Below are positions 55,534-64,000 of a stretch of 64,000 bases of DNA, one piece after another (the first letter of the stretch is position 1; the number at the start of each line of letters is the position of its first letter). The stretch is taken from the IMG/VR virus record IMGVR_UViG_3300018426_001942, positions 32,001-96,000 of that record. The stretch is one strand, 5' to 3'. Under the pieces are notes generated by a model. The model searched no databases and was not told the DNA's origin. It saw only the letters and a program-made list of their open reading frames with translations. Made by a program: the position numbers and the translations under genes. Origin of the DNA: a virus.

Positions 55534-56232
55534 TTACCCTCTATTAGTATAGTAACTTTCTCTTAAGACATAGAAAAAATCTCTAATGCGTCTGCCAAGT
55601 TCATAGTGTATGATCATATGTATTCTTGGCTTATCGCTGTTATTATATACAGCATGTACATTAGATATATCCATTAGGAATGCACTACCATTATTATCAA
55701 ATGGAACTCTGCCATGATCTTTAAAAACAAATCTACAACCTTCAGGATTGTTCAAACTAATATTACAAACACTTAAACGCTTTTCTTCATCTGCTCTATC
55801 TTGGTGTGGAAGAATATATCCACCTGGTTCGAGTAACATAAACCTTACACGATTTAAAAATTCCGCTGGCCATACATCAGTTAAAAACTTTTTTGTTACT
55901 GGACATTCATCTGCTACCCAAGTCCAATCTAACTGTTTAATTGATTCTTGTCTATCACCATAACTATTCAATGTTTGGGTGTCTTCATTTAGTCCGTGTA
56001 GTGTTAGACTTTTCCAGCCTTCGCCGTATTCATCTCTGTGTACATGAAACTTATCTACAAGTGCTTCTGCTTCTGCATACATTTCTTTCCAAGGTTGATT
56101 ATCTAATGCACTTAATCTAAAACACGGCCAGCCGCTTTCCATTACAACCCATTTAGGATCGAATTGTTCTGGATATATTATGTCTATTTGCTTATCATTT
56201 TCGGACAAATATTTCTCTAATTCAGCATTCAT
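55534..56232 (-). CDS. 2OG-Fe(II) oxygenase (Asp/Asn beta-hydroxylase-like)
   Basis: GWKSLTLHG, RVRFMLLEPGGYILPHQD, HAVYN...PRIH. Confidence 0.87.
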   Translation of the reverse strand: MNAELEKYLSENDKQIDIIYPEQFDPKWVVMESGWPCFRLSALDNQPWKEMYAEAEALVDKFHVHRDEYGEGWKSLTLHGLNEDTQTLNSYGDRQESIKQLDWTWVADECPVTKKFLTDVWPAEFLNRVRFMLLEPGGYILPHQDRADEEKRLSVCNISLNNPEGCRFVFKDHGRVPFDNNGSAFLMDISNVHAVYNNSDKPRIHMIIHYELGRRIRDFFYVLRESYYTNRG

Positions 56233-56258
56233 GTTTACTTTTTTCTTTACCCCGTGTT

Positions 56259-56273
56259 GTTAAATATACTTAT
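56259..56273. promoter_or_regulatory. Adjacent late-type motifs in a divergent intergenic region
   Basis: GTTAAATA on + and ATAAGTA on - (TACTTAT at 56267-56273). Confidence 0.45.
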
Positions 56274-56300
56274 GCTAGTTTTTAAGGAGTATGTTTAGTC

Positions 56301-57335
56301 GTGAGATGCAAATATCTTGATAATCAAATCAATGTTGGCACCAACGGATCATATAGATTATGCTGTATGAGCTTAGAACCCGAAGGCGAATACAATATCA
56401 AAACACATACACCACAAGAATGGCACAACAGTGAATTCCATAGAGGTATCAGAGAGCAAATGGCTAGAGGTGAATGGCCTGATGCTTGTAGACGTTGTAA
56501 AGAAATGGAAGAACACGGATTACAAAGTCAACGTCAAAAAGAAAGAAGATACGGTCCAGGACTTAGCCATTTAGACTTACGTTTAGGCAATAGTTGTAAT
56601 TTAAAATGTATTAGTTGCTGGCACATGAGCTCTAGTTCAATAGCAGAAGAAGCCGTTGCTATGCACCAAGCAGGTGTTACACCATTGCATGGCGTATTAG
56701 ACGTTCCACACTTTAATTGGGCTGACGACAAAGCATTTGATAAATTACTTGATCTACCAATACACGAAGTATATATGACCGGCGGCGAACCTATGATGGT
56801 AAAACATTTGCCACGCTTTTTAGAAAGGTTAAGTCCAGAAACAATTATACGGTTTAATACTAACTGTACAATTTGGAATCCTAAATTAGAAAAATTACTT
56901 AGGAAATTTAATATGGTAATTATGAGTTTTAGTTTAGATGCGACTGACGATCGCATAAACTATATTAGGCACGGCACCAAATGGAAAGAAGCAGAAGAAA
57001 ATGCAAAACGTTGGGCTGATTTTTGTAAGGTTGATATAAGTCCAACTATTAGTATTTTAAATGCATGGTTCTATGATGATATAAAAGAATATGCAGACAA
57101 GCGTAATTGGAGCGTCTTTGAAAATTTACTCATGACACCCGACTGGTTACATGTTAAGAATGCACCCGACGAATTGAAAGCACAATTTCAAGGTGTAGAT
57201 AAATGGATGAATGAACCTGCTAATCTACTTAAACAAGAAGAATTTAAATATAATATTAATAAGTTAGACAGCTGGCGTAAAATGTATATAAAGGATTACC
57301 TACCTCCGGTAGCAAAAGCATATGGACTTAATTAA
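56301..57335 (+). CDS. Radical SAM protein with N-terminal SPASM/twitch-like domain
   Basis: LCC...C..C; DLRLGNSCNLKCISC; TGGEP; NTN. Confidence 0.9.
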   Translation: MRCKYLDNQINVGTNGSYRLCCMSLEPEGEYNIKTHTPQEWHNSEFHRGIREQMARGEWPDACRRCKEMEEHGLQSQRQKERRYGPGLSHLDLRLGNSCNLKCISCWHMSSSSIAEEAVAMHQAGVTPLHGVLDVPHFNWADDKAFDKLLDLPIHEVYMTGGEPMMVKHLPRFLERLSPETIIRFNTNCTIWNPKLEKLLRKFNMVIMSFSLDATDDRINYIRHGTKWKEAEENAKRWADFCKVDISPTISILNAWFYDDIKEYADKRNWSVFENLLMTPDWLHVKNAPDELKAQFQGVDKWMNEPANLLKQEEFKYNINKLDSWRKMYIKDYLPPVAKAYGLN

Positions 57336-57777
57336 AACAAATAAACAAAAAAAGCGAAGTGTTTACAAAGGCGATGGTTACTATAGAAAACTATGGCATT
57401 TTGTAGATATGATATGGCTAGATGAACATGTAAAAATGCTAAACAGTATTGTTCCTAACTATGTTGTAGACTACGGACATAACGAAGATTCTATGTGGTT
57501 AGACACAAAAGAAATAGATGGAGTTCCAGCAAGTACACTAGAACACACACCTGAATTTATAAAAAGAGTATATAAATTTTGTTTAGAAAATATTGAGCAG
57601 ACTTTACCCTATGTACATGGCGACTGGGTATTAAGTAATATAATTGTTAACGGTGAAAACATGTATATGGTCGATTGGGATAATTGCAATGTATATCCTA
57701 AACATATAGTTATAGAAAAAATGCAAAAAGACTTACGTAGTGCATTTGGAGATAAATTTGACCCCTCAAGCATTTAG
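57322..57777 (+). CDS. Small protein-kinase-like/APH-family phosphotransferase
   Basis: HGDWVLSNII...MVDWD. Confidence 0.75.
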   Translation: MDLIKTNKQKKRSVYKGDGYYRKLWHFVDMIWLDEHVKMLNSIVPNYVVDYGHNEDSMWLDTKEIDGVPASTLEHTPEFIKRVYKFCLENIEQTLPYVHGDWVLSNIIVNGENMYMVDWDNCNVYPKHIVIEKMQKDLRSAFGDKFDPSSI

Positions 57778-58975
57778 TTACCCGACTGTTGGAAATAACA
57801 ACATGATTTATTGTGCGCCATACGGCCTTACTGAATCTGTTGACTACATGATTAAGTACAATCCAACTAATCATTCAATTACTAAAATACCATTATTAGT
57901 TGACTCAACTACCGAAAAGTGGCAAAAGGGTATTGTACATAGAAACAAAATTTACTTCCTACCATACAATGAAAGCAATATATTGGTATTAGATACTAAT
58001 GACGATAGCATAGAATACTTAAATTTAGAAAAGAAAGGACAAGGAAAATATATTCAAGGTCACATATACGGCAGACACATTATAGCATTACCGTACGGCG
58101 AGCACGAACCATTTAATTATGTACTAGACATTGATATGCGTACTAACAATGTAACTACTAGACACTTAGCGTTGCCTGATGAAACAAAAAGATGGCATAC
58201 TACCCAAATGTTAGATGGTATAATTTACGGTTTACCTCGAGGAGAAAACTTAGGAAATACATTTAATTCAAGGATAGAATACGACTGTTTTAATCGTACT
58301 TATAAATTAATAGATATGTTGCCTATACTATATGATTATAAAGACGTAAGACATGCTAATAAAAAATGGACAACACTTGCAAAAGCAAATGATAAATTGT
58401 ATGCAGCACCGTATTGTGAACATAAAGAATTTGACCTTCTTGCAATTAGAAAAGAAGGTTGGGAATATATACAAACCAAACAAACAGGCACTAGCAGAAA
58501 ATATTTTTCACACACTGTAACAAAAAATGGTAAAATATTTTTTCCGCCAGCAGGCCACGATGAGGACTGGAGCGAAATGCTTGTTATAAACAGTATGACA
58601 GATGAATGGTATGTTAAAGATTTAGGCATTGGAAAAGAAAGTAAAAAATATTTTGCCGGAGTTGAGAACAGTAAAGGAAAGTTATACTATATCCCTAGAG
58701 GAGGATGTGTTTGCGAGCCAGAGGATACATGGAAAAGCCAAGGTGACTTAGCAGAAATATTAGTTATTGACACAAACACAGAAGAGCATTATACCATAGA
58801 CGTAAGTAAATATTTTACAGATAATACTACTATTGAAAAGTATAACCAATGTGTAATTATTAACGATATCATATATGCCTTTCCATACGGAGAAAGTGAG
58901 AGTTTTCAAACTGTACTAGTATTTGATACAAAAGTTGAAAAAGTTATAAGGACAATAGATTTAAATGATGTATAA
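57740..58975 (+). CDS. Beta-propeller protein (about 8 blades)
   Basis: Eight repeats of [KI][IL]Yx[LAI]P[YR]G. Confidence 0.7.
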   Translation: MHLEINLTPQAFSYPTVGNNNMIYCAPYGLTESVDYMIKYNPTNHSITKIPLLVDSTTEKWQKGIVHRNKIYFLPYNESNILVLDTNDDSIEYLNLEKKGQGKYIQGHIYGRHIIALPYGEHEPFNYVLDIDMRTNNVTTRHLALPDETKRWHTTQMLDGIIYGLPRGENLGNTFNSRIEYDCFNRTYKLIDMLPILYDYKDVRHANKKWTTLAKANDKLYAAPYCEHKEFDLLAIRKEGWEYIQTKQTGTSRKYFSHTVTKNGKIFFPPAGHDEDWSEMLVINSMTDEWYVKDLGIGKESKKYFAGVENSKGKLYYIPRGGCVCEPEDTWKSQGDLAEILVIDTNTEEHYTIDVSKYFTDNTTIEKYNQCVIINDIIYAFPYGESESFQTVLVFDTKVEKVIRTIDLNDV

Positions 58976-60107
58976 AGCATTTGAAGATTTCTACAAAGAA
59001 GAAAACATAAAGCACTTATTACTCCTTGACTGGAATGGTATATTAACAAGTCCGCCATTTGCTACTGAACAATGTAAAGAGTATGCAGATGTTTGGCGTT
59101 TTAAAAAAGATATTATCAAATTAGATCTACCTCCTGCTACTAGTAAAACTAATGCTCCTATTGTTTTAGATAACGATTTATGGCTTATACCATACGGCAT
59201 ATACGACGAACTTAATATTGTAGTACAAATTAAAGACAACGATGTAGTGTATCACAAATTATCGTTTGCAGGCAAAGGGCAATTTTACAGTATTGCATCA
59301 AACGGTACATCTGCGTTTAGTTTTCCTTTAGGATACGAAGATACTAACTACGGACTGTATATTAACGAAGGTAAAGTTAGCGAACACAAACTACCCTACG
59401 AAGGCAAAAAATTACATATGGGTACTGTATATTGCAATGGCAGATATTGGAGTATGCCGAGAGGTGATAATCCCGGGTATAACAAACTACTAAGTTTCGA
59501 CGGTAATAATTTTGAAAGTTTTGAGTTAGACATCAATAGTAATATTACTAGAAAGTTTAGTGATATAATAGTAAAAGACAATACACTTTACAGTTTGCCT
59601 TTCGGCGAAACGCCTGGTATGACAGAAATCGTAGAATTTGATACAACTACTAATAGAGCAATATATCATAATTTAACACTAACTAATGACTTTGCTAAAA
59701 AATATAATTGTGGCGTTTTAGTTAATAATAAAATAATTGCATTACCATATGGTGACGAATATAGCCAAGATAGTAATTGGGGTGTAGTTTTTGATACTGA
59801 CACGAAAGAAAGTAAAGTTTTTGATATTGGTCTTAACTTTGGTGGCAAGTACAGATATCGTTGTGGTGTAGCACTAGACAACAAAGCAATATTTTTTCCA
59901 TCTGGTACACCTAGTTGTCCTATAATGAGTGTAGATGAAAATACAAATATAAAAACATTATATCTTACTGATTATATGTTAGGTCGTCCGTATGTAAAAA
60001 ATAATTTAATATGCTGTATGTCATATAGAAAAGCCGATAGACAACACTTTATGTTAATATTTGATAGCGAATTAAATTTGCTGGGTAGCTATCAACTCTT
60101 TGCGTAG
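58965..60107 (+). CDS. Beta-propeller protein, paralogue of the upstream gene
   Basis: Repeats LWLIPYG, FSFPLG, WSMPRG, YSLPFG, IALPYG, FFPSG. Confidence 0.7.
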   Translation: MMYKAFEDFYKEENIKHLLLLDWNGILTSPPFATEQCKEYADVWRFKKDIIKLDLPPATSKTNAPIVLDNDLWLIPYGIYDELNIVVQIKDNDVVYHKLSFAGKGQFYSIASNGTSAFSFPLGYEDTNYGLYINEGKVSEHKLPYEGKKLHMGTVYCNGRYWSMPRGDNPGYNKLLSFDGNNFESFELDINSNITRKFSDIIVKDNTLYSLPFGETPGMTEIVEFDTTTNRAIYHNLTLTNDFAKKYNCGVLVNNKIIALPYGDEYSQDSNWGVVFDTDTKESKVFDIGLNFGGKYRYRCGVALDNKAIFFPSGTPSCPIMSVDENTNIKTLYLTDYMLGRPYVKNNLICCMSYRKADRQHFMLIFDSELNLLGSYQLFA

Positions 60108-60995
60108 ATATATATCACTCAAACAGTAACATTTATCTTTACCGCATGTAATTGTACTATTAGGTAAAGTATATTTTTCTAAATTACCTATTTTGCCGCC
60201 TTGCTGACACTCGGCACGGTATATGTCTCCCCACATATCAATACTAATCATATCTAATCCTGCCCAGCATTTCCAACCTTTGTGTGCATTAAGCTCATTA
60301 ACTATTAAGTCATTTGCATTAATATCTTTACCATTTAATAGTAGGCCGCCTCTGTGTAACTTTGTATCATCTAATTTACGTGTATAAGGCCAATTAGTAA
60401 TAATGTTTTGCTGTGATGTTGAGTATGCACTAACTTCGTTAGTAGGATATCCTTCAATTTCTTGTTTATCTAAAATTACCTTTGGCCATATCATTACATT
60501 GTCGCTACAATTAAATAAACGTTCTGCAATATCTAATAGTTCATCAAAACTATCAGGTAACATCATAAGATTAACAGCAACAGGACAAGTCATTACTTTT
60601 ATAACTTCTATTATATGATCAATATTAGCAAATTCAGGATGATAACTGATAATCATTCCGTCAGTGTGTTCTGTTATCTCTGCGAAGTATTCTACTTTTT
60701 GACTTGCGTTGGTTAGAAAACTAAAGTATTGGCCTTGTTGTTTTACAAGTTTAGCCATGTCAATAAAATGTTTCCAATAAGTAGGTTCGCCGCCTGAAAT
60801 CCTATAGCAAATTTGTTTGCCATTAGCATCAAAGTTTTCTACAAAATTTTTAACCGTGTCCCATTTTTTATGGCCTGTACTTCCGTCATGAAGTCTGCTT
60901 GGACAATAAGAACAACGGTAATTGCATTTATTAGATAGTGTCCAACTAACTAAAAACCAATCTTCTTTTGCAGGGTCTTTGTAAGAAAGTTTCAT
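60072..60995 (-). CDS. Radical SAM protein with C-terminal Cys cluster
   Basis: CNYRCSYC, SGGEPT, CWAG, C...C.C..D. Confidence 0.9.
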   Translation of the reverse strand: MKLSYKDPAKEDWFLVSWTLSNKCNYRCSYCPSRLHDGSTGHKKWDTVKNFVENFDANGKQICYRISGGEPTYWKHFIDMAKLVKQQGQYFSFLTNASQKVEYFAEITEHTDGMIISYHPEFANIDHIIEVIKVMTCPVAVNLMMLPDSFDELLDIAERLFNCSDNVMIWPKVILDKQEIEGYPTNEVSAYSTSQQNIITNWPYTRKLDDTKLHRGGLLLNGKDINANDLIVNELNAHKGWKCWAGLDMISIDMWGDIYRAECQQGGKIGNLEKYTLPNSTITCGKDKCYCLSDIYLRKELIATQQI

Positions 60996-61648
60996 TCTGC
61001 CATTGTGTTATTTAAAATTAGTTGTTGTGTACGTTCATTTAATTTTACTGTTAAAATTAATGAATACAGATTATCACTAAAACTAAACACACTGTGATCT
61101 AATTGAAAGTTTGTAAAGTAAACAAATCCAGGTTCTGGGTATAATGGCTTGCCGTCTACCATTTGTACATAATTTTCAGGACTACAACGTCCAAACACTA
61201 CTAGCAATCTAAAATATTCTGGACTTACACCGTGAAAGTCTCTGTGCGGAGGAAAGAAGCCTCCTTGGTCAACACGCAATAAATGTACACGACCAATATC
61301 TGGTGCAAAAACATCTACTAGTTTTGCAAGCTCAGGAATATTATTATACACCTCTGTTGGTGTGTTAAAGTTTTCTTCCTTCATTTCTATGTCATGGTAT
61401 TTCTGCATATGACCAAAACTATTCAAATGGTAATTGTCCATAACATCACCGGTGTGACTTGTTACTGGTAACCCCCAGCGATTATTGTGAGTGTCTTTTT
61501 TAGCATTGTACGGACACCAATTATCTTTAAACTGTTCTAATTGTTGTTCAACTTGGTGATGGTCAATATGCCATTTAAGTTTTACTTGGTTACCTAAGTT
61601 GACTAAACTTTGCCAACGTAGTCCTCTTTCAATTTCTTCAGGTGTCAT
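60992..61648 (-). CDS. 2OG-Fe(II) oxygenase-like
   Basis: GRVHLLRVDQGGFFPPHRD...HSVFS. Confidence 0.78.
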   Translation of the reverse strand: MTPEEIERGLRWQSLVNLGNQVKLKWHIDHHQVEQQLEQFKDNWCPYNAKKDTHNNRWGLPVTSHTGDVMDNYHLNSFGHMQKYHDIEMKEENFNTPTEVYNNIPELAKLVDVFAPDIGRVHLLRVDQGGFFPPHRDFHGVSPEYFRLLVVFGRCSPENYVQMVDGKPLYPEPGFVYFTNFQLDHSVFSFSDNLYSLILTVKLNERTQQLILNNTMAE

Positions 61649-62940
61649 ATATCTCTCAATTCTTTAAACGTATTTCTAAAGTTTAATTCTCTTGTTTTGT
61701 CGCATATTTCTAAGTATTGTACAGCCGCCGGAAGTTTATGTGACCAATCTTCTGAATTCATGTAATCAACTAAACCTAACCAACGCATTTTGCCATAAGC
61801 ATTATTAATAAATTCATGTGTGTTAATACTATTAGCAAACTTACTTATCGTATCTGCGGCTTGGGCTTTTAAGTCTTGAGGTAGTACTCGCACATTTAAG
61901 TAGGACGGTAAGTACACTAAATGTAACCCTATTATACCTCCGCCATATGGCGCACGATTTATTTTTTTAAAGTTTTGATCTAACTTCCATTGTGCAAGTT
62001 CTACTAAACTGTGTACATTAAGAAGTTGTACGGCGCAAGCAAGATTAACAGTTATATGATCTGATGTATTATCAAGTAAATGCATATTCTCTACAATACT
62101 ATCCCACTTACTCGGATGTCTTATGTAATCATTTTTTTCGCCAACACTGTCAACACTAAAGTTAAATTTTACTTCTTTAAAATATTCCCACATATCAAGC
62201 AATCTTTGTGATATGTCTGTAGCATTACTATTATATCTAAGTATACAATCTTTTGCATAACCTTCGTCTATCATAAATTGTAGTATTGCATAATGTTCCG
62301 GTATGAGCAATGGTTCTCCGCCAGCAAAATATAATTCTTTTATATAGTGTGCTTGATTTTTTACAGAGTCTAAGAAACTACTTTTCTTGTACCATACATA
62401 ATCAAAACTAGGATCCCAGCCTTGATCTTGTTTCAAATCTATAAGTTCATATTTTGGATATTGTAATTTCCAATCTTTAATCCACTTTGAGCTATCATGC
62501 GGACTACACATAATGCATTTTAAATTACATAGGTTACCTAATCTTAAATCAAAGTAAGGTATGTTTACAGGCAACGTGCCATCTTCTTGTGTTTGATCAA
62601 CAATTTCTTGTACATTGATCCTTTCATTCCATACCTCGGTTTCCCAATTCCTTTTGCTTTTTATACCTTTTGCCTCTTCTTCAAAACATTTTTTACAACT
62701 TAAAGGAATTTCATCATTAAGCATTTGCAATCTAGTATTACGCATTTGCTCACTATTCCAAACTTCTTCGATAGTATGATCACGTAGATTCATGTTAACA
62801 CCATCTTGTTTAACAAGTCCTACTTCCTTGTTGTCAGTCTTGCCTGCGCCACTAGCGTTTGCTGTACAACAAACTCTTACATCGCCATTTGGTCTAGTTG
62901 CCAAATGTATCCATGGCAAGGGGCAGAATGTTTTACCCAT
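61645..62940 (-). CDS. Radical SAM protein with N-terminal SPASM/twitch-like domain
   Basis: FCPLPW, RVCC, C..C; DLRLGNLCNLKCIMC; FAGGEP. Confidence 0.9.
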   Translation of the reverse strand: MGKTFCPLPWIHLATRPNGDVRVCCTANASGAGKTDNKEVGLVKQDGVNMNLRDHTIEEVWNSEQMRNTRLQMLNDEIPLSCKKCFEEEAKGIKSKRNWETEVWNERINVQEIVDQTQEDGTLPVNIPYFDLRLGNLCNLKCIMCSPHDSSKWIKDWKLQYPKYELIDLKQDQGWDPSFDYVWYKKSSFLDSVKNQAHYIKELYFAGGEPLLIPEHYAILQFMIDEGYAKDCILRYNSNATDISQRLLDMWEYFKEVKFNFSVDSVGEKNDYIRHPSKWDSIVENMHLLDNTSDHITVNLACAVQLLNVHSLVELAQWKLDQNFKKINRAPYGGGIIGLHLVYLPSYLNVRVLPQDLKAQAADTISKFANSINTHEFINNAYGKMRWLGLVDYMNSEDWSHKLPAAVQYLEICDKTRELNFRNTFKELRDI

Positions 62941-63532
62941 TAAATTTATGTCCTATAATCATATATCTTGTGTACTTAGGTGTTTTAAATTCTCCTACAT
63001 ATGCAACATATACTTTTGATTGCTGTACAAAGTCTTCCATACTTTTTGCACATCTTACGTGTTCATCAAGGTCAACATAGTTATTACTTTGTAGTACTAC
63101 CTTTGTACCTGGTTGAATATTACTTAACCATTTGTCATATTGCTCTTGTGTTAAATGCTCGCAACTAGTGTTAATAGCAACATCTGCATCTGTAGTGTAC
63201 TCGCACATATCTGCTGTTGTGGCAGTAAATCTTCCGTCCATGTGATAACGCATGTTAATAGTTTCTGCAATAGTTTTACAAACAGGATCAATATCTATGC
63301 TTTCTATTTCAGGTATTGCAAGATCACTATTAAAGAGTAAACTTGCAAGTACTCCATTCCAGCCACCGTAAATAGCAACATTACCTTGAAGTTTATATTC
63401 TTGCATTTGTTCTATTAACCAAAGTTTACTGTGTACTTGGCCTTTCCAAAAACTTTCTAGTGTACGATATCGATTTTCGCTGTTACGAATTGCGTCCATC
63501 CAAAACAGTACATCTTCAATATCAACTTTCAA
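62933..63532 (-). CDS. Class I SAM-dependent methyltransferase-like
   Basis: VAIYGGWNG, SIDID, ADM, INTSCEH, LQSNNY. Confidence 0.72.
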   Translation of the reverse strand: MKVDIEDVLFWMDAIRNSENRYRTLESFWKGQVHSKLWLIEQMQEYKLQGNVAIYGGWNGVLASLLFNSDLAIPEIESIDIDPVCKTIAETINMRYHMDGRFTATTADMCEYTTDADVAINTSCEHLTQEQYDKWLSNIQPGTKVVLQSNNYVDLDEHVRCAKSMEDFVQQSKVYVAYVGEFKTPKYTRYMIIGHKFNG

Positions 63533-64000
63533 ATTGAGCTCCTAGTTTATCAAACTTGCCGCATTGTTTTTGACATTCTTTTAAACAACCGTTTGACCAT
63601 GTGTTTTCGATACTACTAAAAAAGTTACTGTCAAATATTTCTTGCAAAGTATGGTTATTAAGATTAGGAAAATTTCCTATTTTATCCATGTAATCAATTC
63701 TACTTTCACTTACTGGTGGTAGCCATTCTAAATCTAACCAACAACAGGGTGCAATGTTACCGTTAGCAGCAACATATATAGATTGAGAGTTTTGTGCTTT
63801 GCAAGTTATTGTTGGGCTTATTTCTTGTTTTGCTTCTTCTACTATTTTTATAAAACTTTCACTTGTTTCTGTAGGGTACAAAATATCAATTGTTTTTCCA
63901 GTATCATCTAAAACATTAAATTGGCCATTTTTAAATCTACTAGAATTTTTGTACTTAAAATCACTAAAGCCTAATTCACTTGCAAGTTGTCTACATTCAT
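63522..64000 (-). CDS. Radical SAM/SPASM protein, C-terminal part (runs off the window)
   Basis: Frame open to the window end (ECRQLASELGF...); SPASM-like ITC...YVAANGNIAPCCW...C...CG. Confidence 0.75.
   Translation of the reverse strand, partial: ECRQLASELGFSDFKYKNSSRFKNGQFNVLDDTGKTIDILYPTETSESFIKIVEEAKQEISPTITCKAQNSQSIYVAANGNIAPCCWLDLEWLPPVSESRIDYMDKIGNFPNLNNHTLQEIFDSNFFSSIENTWSNGCLKECQKQCGKFDKLGAQFES

Noticed and set aside
46582-64000. RiPP precursor peptide for the radical SAM/SPASM enzymes
   Set aside because: Genes are tightly overlapped and I found no short unassigned ORF with leader/core character in the window; it could lie beyond base 64000
1-64000. Alternative genetic code, tRNAs, CRISPR arrays, transposases, or a cellular origin
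   Set aside because: Standard code gives full-length genes at high density; no cloverleaf, repeat array or transposase seen by eye (tRNAscan not run); host-like genes are interspersed with phage structural, lysis and T4-like replication genes

Overview
A 64-kb segment of a large, AT-rich, gene-dense tailed dsDNA phage (T4-like/jumbo myovirus type). The ClpA, IscU and FdxA-type genes point to a proteobacterial host; this is inference. In order: (1) the end of a baseplate/virion gene block; (2) early replication and metabolism genes (truncated DnaE fragment, GroES, MazG-like, exonuclease, clamp loader, ferredoxin, ThyX, PhoH); (3) a lysis cassette (GH19 endolysin, spanin pair) with an acyl-carrier-protein homologue whose catalytic Ser is replaced by Glu; (4) IscU, DnaJ, peptide deformylase and ClpA; (5) a block of probable internal-head proteins with capsid-targeting-like N-termini and repeated x-x-E cleavage-like sites (apparent polyproteins); (6) family B DNA polymerase and a probable sliding clamp, interleaved with nucleotide-sugar enzymes; (7) a 7-deazaguanine DNA-modification cluster (TGT/DpdA-like, QueD/DpdL-like, FolE, QueE) that also holds a GT-B glycosyltransferase, a PRTase, a HIT protein and cupins, followed by an MBD4-like glycosylase and RNase H; (8) a MoxR AAA+ / VWA-peptidase pair; (9) a tail-fibre gene followed by an island of more than 17 kb of tailoring enzymes (7 genes for 2OG-Fe(II) oxygenases, 4 radical SAM, flavin halogenase, adenylation enzyme, GNAT, kinase, phosphatase, methyltransferase, two beta-propellers). 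Many sigma70 promoters and a GATAAATA late-promoter motif are visible. I saw no tRNA, rRNA, CRISPR array or mobile element. All calls come from motif recognition by eye; no database search was run. The strongest candidates for an undescribed system are a glycosylated 7-deazaguanine DNA modification, protease-processed virion cargo polyproteins, and the late-expressed tailoring island.
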